Positions 44,861-50,399 of a DNA stretch of 50,399 nt are shown piece by piece. Source of the DNA: Pelomyxa schiedti (Eukaryota > Protista > Evosea). The translations under genes and the position numbers were made by a program. Every line of letters begins with the position of its first letter. Position 1 is the stretch's first letter. Below the pieces are notes generated by a model that was given only the letters and a program-made list of their open reading frames with translations, was not told the DNA's origin and searched no databases. The DNA lies in NCBI GenBank assembly GCA_020536535.1, contig JAHLWZ010000388.1, positions 1 through 50,399 on the forward strand, read 5' to 3'.

Positions 44861-47800
44861 GGGGGATATTCAGCAAAAACCTGGGGAATTTTATTCTGTT
44901 CCACAAGACAAGCCCATTTGTGAGCCAACCAGTCATCTTGATACTAATGACCGAAGTCATCACCTTGGAGAGGTATGAAGGTTTCAGCACAATCAACTCT
45001 GAAAGTGGTATTCCCGTTTTTTTCTTCAGTGAGCATAAGCTTGATTTTCGTGAGGAGATGCTGTGTAATCTGTGATGCCTGAAATGTATGATGCTCCCTG
45101 CATCCAACAGGAAGTTGGAGCACATGGTAATTTCACCTTGATCAATAACGTCACTATACCCAACACCCTTTGACTTTGCAATTTCAGTATATTCATTCCA
45201 ATGTAATGTGTCAGCTTGCATATGGGCGAGATGTTTGTGCACTTCAATCCAGTTCGAGGAGACTGCAATCTTCTGTTGTTGTGCAATTTCCTCCAATTTC
45301 ACAGAAACACACTCCACAGTGGTATGAGATACACGGACCTCTGTTTCATTCATGATAAGACCATCACCAGTGGCCACACTCAATGCAAAAAGACCATCAA
45401 ACTGCTTGTGATGAGCCAAGGCACTGCAGGCAGATTTGGTTGTGGTTTTGTCAAGGTGTGTTCCCACCAGAATGATGTTAGCCTTCTCACTGTAGCCTGT
45501 GGTGTCTGTCCTGTTTGAAGTTGCTTGATTGAATGACATTTTTATCAGATCCACCCAGTACTTGATCTTTGGTGGAAGTATCACAGATTCACCGTCCCAT
45601 TCAACAAGTGACAAGTCGAAAAGTAACAAGAACACAGAGCTGCTGCACAAGAAGAACTGATGTGATGGGTAAAGCACATCTTGACCTCCTGCAAAATTTT
45701 GTGTCACTCCATAAATAAAAAAAAGTGAGAAATGAGAGGTGGGGCAAACACACCCAAATCCCAGGCAACCCATGTGTGTTCACTGTGGCTGTTCAACTTG
45801 AATGGTGGAGGGATAGAAATACCACCAGTGGCCTCAGTTTTTGTCACATCGGTTGTGTTCATGTTCTTCCTCAGGCACCTCAGCAGAGTTGTTTTCCCCA
45901 CACCACCATCACCCACAAGTAAAACCTTGTGACTCTTCATTGTGTCCCATTTCTCAGCCCTGAACCTGTTTGGGATTGTGTCCAGTGGATTTTCCATCAG
46001 ATTGACAAAATTCACCTTGTGCATCCACTGTGGAAGTGCACTCAGTTGGTTGAAGGACAGGTCAAGTGACTTGCAGCAAGCCACAAATTCCAAAATGGGG
46101 GGAAGAGTGCGCAAATTGAGGAAGGACAGGTCCACGTCCTGATGTGACAATGCTCCAGAAAGACCAACTTCCTGCACTGCAGTCCAGTTGTGGGCCTGAA
46201 CCCACACTCGAAACAATCTCGAGACAACTGACAGCAGTTTAAAGCCTGGCTTGAAGGTCAGTAAAATATCAAGCAGTTGGCGCACCGCAGTTGGTCCCAT
46301 GTCTCTCACATTGACACCATTTTTGAAAATCAATGATTCCACCATCTCTTTGAATTTGGAAAGATCGGAGGCTGTCCGGATTGCAGTTTGAAGAAGTGTG
46401 ACACATGATTCCTCATCTTGGATGACTGTTGGCACTTTTACCGTTTTTACTGTTGGGTCTGGATTTGGAATTCCATACGAGAGCGCTAACCTTTTGATGG
46501 TGCTCCCCACCAGCCCTCCTGAGTTTGCTGCAATATCCAACATGATATCAATTGCATCTTCTTCTTGTTCTGGTCCTGCCCAAATTGGGAGATACTGTTG
46601 GGCAGCATTCAACACAATGTCCAGTTTTGTGCTGTCACCCACTGCAACACAACCTCGCATTGCTTTCTTAAAATGGGAGCGAACTCCCGAGTCAAGGTTG
46701 AATTCAGTGATCACTGAATTATAAAGAGAAATATTTTCACCAGTGACAGGCTCAAGGTTCTTAACTGCAGAAAAGAAAGAATGAGCACAGTTCAGTGAGA
46801 GGGTGACAGTTTAAAAAAAAAAAAACAAAAGAGAACAAACACACAGATGGGAATGCAAAGGCTCCTGAGAATCTTGTTTCCTTCAAGTACTGCTGAATAA
46901 TACACAAGGTGAACATGTTGGAGATGACGTGTTTGGGGGGTTTCACACCTCTCCAATCTTGGACAACCTGAGCCTCGTTTGTTGTTATTGTTGTGTCATA
47001 AATAACAGTCAATTTCTCAATCCTTCTGTTTCGTTTCAAAGCGGCAAAAACGGTGGAATCAATCCAACTCCCTTTTTATCCAGTGTGAGCAAGTGGGGGA
47101 AGAGAAAGAGAAAACTAAAAAGAGAAAAAGGGAAAAGGGAAAAGTGAAAAGTGAAAAGGGATACAATGAAGCTGGAGTTCTTTGATGCTGAAGTTTGTTC
47201 CCAAGAGTTTCGCAAATTTTTCTATGGCCTCAGTCTCACATTTTGCGTTTCCTTTTTGAGAATGAGTAATCAATTTAAAGTATGATGGGGGAGCAGAGAA
47301 AGTGAAACTGGAAATGTCGAGTGACGAGAGTTGATCCATGAGCCCGAAAATCCACTTCTCACTTCCTTGGGTCAGTGAATCTGGCAGTGATCAGTCAGTG
47401 AGACTCAGTGGGCTCGGAGGAGAAGGCTGGGGGAAGAGAGAGAACACACTCTGGAGACTCAAACTGAAGTCATGCCTCTGGAAAGAATGAACAGCTGTGA
47501 CAACGGCTTTGACAACACGCTCTGAGAGAACAAAGTCTGCCACCAGATATTTTAGTGTTAACCATCACACTCACAAAGGAAAAAGGAAAAAGGAAAAAGG
47601 AAAAAGGAAAAAGGAAAAAGGAAAAAGGAAAAAGGAAAAAGGAAAAAGGAAAAAGGAAAAAGGAAAAAGGAAAAAGGAAAAAGGAGATCACAAACCAGAG
47701 AGAGAGAGCGATTTCAAGGAAGTGCAAGAACTCAGGTGCGTTGATATTGCCTCCTCCAATTTTTCTTGTTCGGGTTGATTGAAACCTAAACAATCAATTG

Positions 47801-49333
47801 GTTTGGCTTCAATGTTTTGAAAAATCATGGGGGGATGATACTGATTGAAGACCCGATTGAGCAATACTGGAGTTTGGTGCATTGAAAAACGGAGGAGAGC
47901 AACTCATTGTCAGCCACAGTCAAACCTTTCAACATTTCCCAAAGTAAGTGCAATTTGTAGTTTTTTGTGGGAAACAGTGTTGGGTTGGTTCACAAACTTT
48001 TCAAAGAAAACTTTGAGCAGATGTCTCTTTTGTCAGACAAAATCTTGGTCAGGACTTTGCAGTCACTGAAGCTGTAATAACCTTGATCTCAATTTTAGAT
48101 TCGAGGTGAGAGGTTGTTTTTTGCGTAGTTAGTATCAAGGAGATGACTAACCGATGTCAATCACGACGTCATCATTTGCCTGACTAATGATGTTTTTGCA
48201 GTCCCTTGTTGTCCACGAATATCGGAAACTTTCCAGCCCAGTTGTTGCTGTATTTGACCCTTTTTTTGATCATGAATGGGTAAACTGTATTCATTTGGGG
48301 ACAAACCAACCTGGGTTTGGCTCAAATTGCGTTTTTGTGCTGAAACCACCGATTTTGGCACCTTTGTGTGCCTCCCTCAGTATGTCCGTGAGGGTCGTTG
48401 AACTTGTCCACTCTGTGATTTTATCGGCGCAAAACTAAAAAATAAATGAATAGAGCTCTCATACAGTGTATTGGGGCCAGATACCATTGAAGCCATGGCG
48501 AAGCACTCAATCAACCCAACAGCTGCATGGGGAGCAAGTGAATGGGCAGTATTGTCTGGATTGAAACCAGCAACAAAAAACAGGAATGGCTGCCGCGTTG
48601 CCCTGTTTTTTGCCCACAAACTCCCATAAAGTAATTCCAAAGTTTCAGGAATTGCGTCGAAGAATGCACGATCATTTGGAGTGCACACAACAAGAACAAC
48701 TTTCATTGCTCCCCGTGCACATCCCTGGAACTCTTGAGGCCTAAAAATTCCTTATTTTTTACTTATGTCGTTTTACTGTGGTTCTATACCATAAAGTAAA
48801 AGAATAAAGGCAAACAAACGAAACAATAAAAGGAGGCACGATTATGTACTAATTATGCACCTGTCCACATAAACCAATTCGATTGACTTGTGCGGCCCCA
48901 GCGCCGCCGCCGTGTCCCCCTGTGCAACACCCGCGCCCCCGCCGCCTTCCCCCTCCTTGTTGCCCTTGCTCCCCTTGCTGCCCTTGCTCCCCTTGCTGCC
49001 CTTGCTCCCCTTGTTGTTCCCCTTCCCGCGCATGACGCGGCTGCGGCGGCCGCGGCCACCTCGGGCCGCTGTGGCGTCCGCCCCCTCCCCCTCGGCGAGG
49101 GCTGCGCGGACGAGGCGGTCGGCCGCGTCGCGGGAGGGTGCCACCACGTAGCACTTGGCCGGCGCGGGCGCGTCTGGCCCCTCGTCGCCATCGCCGCCGC
49201 CCTCCCCGTCGCCTCGCTCGGCGGGTTGCTGGTGTGGGCGTGGGTGTGGCGGAGGCGTGGGGCTAGTAGTACTCGGGGTGGTTGTTGTTGCTGTGGTGAC
49301 CGCGTTGTCCCCGCTTGTGGGTGTCTTGGACAT
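44861..49333 (-). CDS. Roco D, 5' part (degenerate GTPase-like N-terminus, LRR-like region, ROC, start of COR), possibly frameshifted
   Basis: ATG at 49333 (MSKTPTSG...KCYVVAPSRDAADRLVRAA...ELVYVDR). GDGGVGKTT in ORF 45704..46714; ROC/COR in 44703..45773. A 5-bp duplication at 44903-44912 shifts the frame. Confidence 0.8.
47578..47685. repeat. Intronic (GGAAAAA)n microsatellite, about 15 copies, in Roco D
   Basis: Directly visible perfect 7-mer array. Confidence 0.95.
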
Positions 49334-49539
49334 GTTGATTTCGAATCACACCCAGAGTGGGTTCCAAACTGTTCCCAGGTGGTCTCAAAAGTGGAGAAAG
49401 TGAGAGGTAAAATCACAACGGGCTCGATGTGGGAGCTCCCAATGTTGGTGGTTTTAGCACTGAAGTTGTTGTGGTTGTCACAGAAGGTGGAGTTTGAGGT
49501 ACTTCTTGAACACCACATGTTGGTAGGAGTTGTATGTCA

Positions 49540-50283
49540 TCATCTCTTAGAGGTGGTGGAGCTATTGGAAATCAAGTGGTTCTCATCCACAAGTTTCCAC
49601 CTCCAATCATCGTTGAACTCTGTACCAGCCAAGAAGTTGGTAAAAGCATCCAAAAGGGTTGTCTTCCCAGAACCAGTTTCACCGATCACCAGGAAGGTGT
49701 AGTACTTCTTTGTGTAATACTTCTTAGATGGGTACTGAAACAGTGGTAAAGTGGGACCTGCCCGCTTTATGGTGAGAAGCTTGCATCCCTCGGGGGGAGG
49801 TCTTGGTGGCCTCACTAATGTTGAAATGTGGCGGTGAACGAGGTAAACTTTGCCTGGAGAAGAACTGCATAATAGCTGAATAATCTTCTCTGATGAATAG
49901 CCGGCCTCAATAAACTCACATATTGCAGCTTTCTCACTGTCTAACAAAGTAGCGGCAGGAGCACCGTCGAGAGCTGCAGCTGTGACTGGTGTATTAGTAG
50001 CCTCCACTGAGACCGACTGTGATGTCGAGGAGGTCAGGGAAGGGACTGTGACAGGGACTGATAACGCCCTGAGGGCGTCGAGTAGTTTCTTCTTGTTGCC
50101 GAATTTTAGTCCAGACTCAGCCAGAAGGTCGGCCTGGTCATCACTAGGAAGACCACTCAGAACGGCGAGGGAGTCAAAGCCCAGCGAAATAAGCTTGTCA
50201 AACAGTTGCTGGGACAATTCAGGCGGTTGCAACTTGAGTCCCTGGCACCACAAGTTGAGCCTCTCCCCCTCATTCCCTGACAT
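49540..50283 (-). CDS. SAM-like domain plus truncated septin/AIG1-like P-loop GTPase (probable pseudogene)
   Basis: Likely start MSGNEGER (50283). SAM-like LNLWCQGLKL...LISLGFDSL...SGLKFGNKKKLLDAL, then FLVIGETGSGKTTLLDAFTNFLAGTEFNDDWRWKLVDE, then a stop before any G3 (DTPG-type) motif. Confidence 0.65.
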   Translation of the reverse strand: MSGNEGERLNLWCQGLKLQPPELSQQLFDKLISLGFDSLAVLSGLPSDDQADLLAESGLKFGNKKKLLDALRALSVPVTVPSLTSSTSQSVSVEATNTPVTAAALDGAPAATLLDSEKAAICEFIEAGYSSEKIIQLLCSSSPGKVYLVHRHISTLVRPPRPPPEGCKLLTIKRAGPTLPLFQYPSKKYYTKKYYTFLVIGETGSGKTTLLDAFTNFLAGTEFNDDWRWKLVDENHLISNSSTTSKR

Positions 50284-50399
50284 TCCCGTCGTAGTACTAC
50301 TGGTTATTGAACTTGTAGTTTGCTCTGTGTTTCCAACGGGTTCTTTTTGGTTTGTTTTAATTGTCCAAATATCAAGACTGAATATTGACATTATATATT

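Noticed and set aside
47470-47793. K/E/G/R-rich and F/S/P-rich ORFs (also 23767-24191)
   Set aside because: Translations of intronic microsatellites.
1-50399. tRNA, rRNA, prokaryotic operon signals, LTR or LINE coding domains
   Set aside because: None recognisable by eye; a tRNAscan, Rfam or RT-domain search was not run.

Overview
Intron-rich eukaryotic DNA (short GT-AG introns, compact intergenic spaces, two 100-N scaffold gaps at 679-778 and 44761-44860). The gene content resembles an amoebozoan such as Pelomyxa; this is a recollection-based inference, not a search result. The window is dominated by a tandem cluster of four minus-strand Roco-type genes (A 5177-14606, B 19125-25621, C 26891-33636, D 41921-49333). 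Each encodes a degenerate small-GTPase-like N-terminus, LRR-like repeats, a ROC GTPase, a COR domain and a non-RD TKL-like kinase. Copy A carries two complete ROC-COR-kinase modules fused in frame, and D may too, across a gap. Between the Roco genes lie two stand-alone DUSP-Ubl genes with no USP catalytic domain, an ankyrin-like repeat gene flanked by a duplicated kinase exon, a possible beta-trefoil gene, two paralogous orphan genes, a myristoylation-motif/TIR-like/SAM/caspase-like gene with a deleted paralog, and a truncated SAM plus P-loop GTPase gene. Bases 779-4990 hold mobile and repetitive DNA: an intron-containing DDE (PIF/Harbinger-like) transposase, a pentamer-based cryptic satellite and a TA-flanked MITE. 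Gene-conversion tracts, mosaic paralogs, microhomology deletions and a promoter micro-inversion indicate a fast-recombining locus that looks like an innate-immunity or cell-death signalling cluster (inference). Domain calls come from motif recognition by eye, and splice models are manual.
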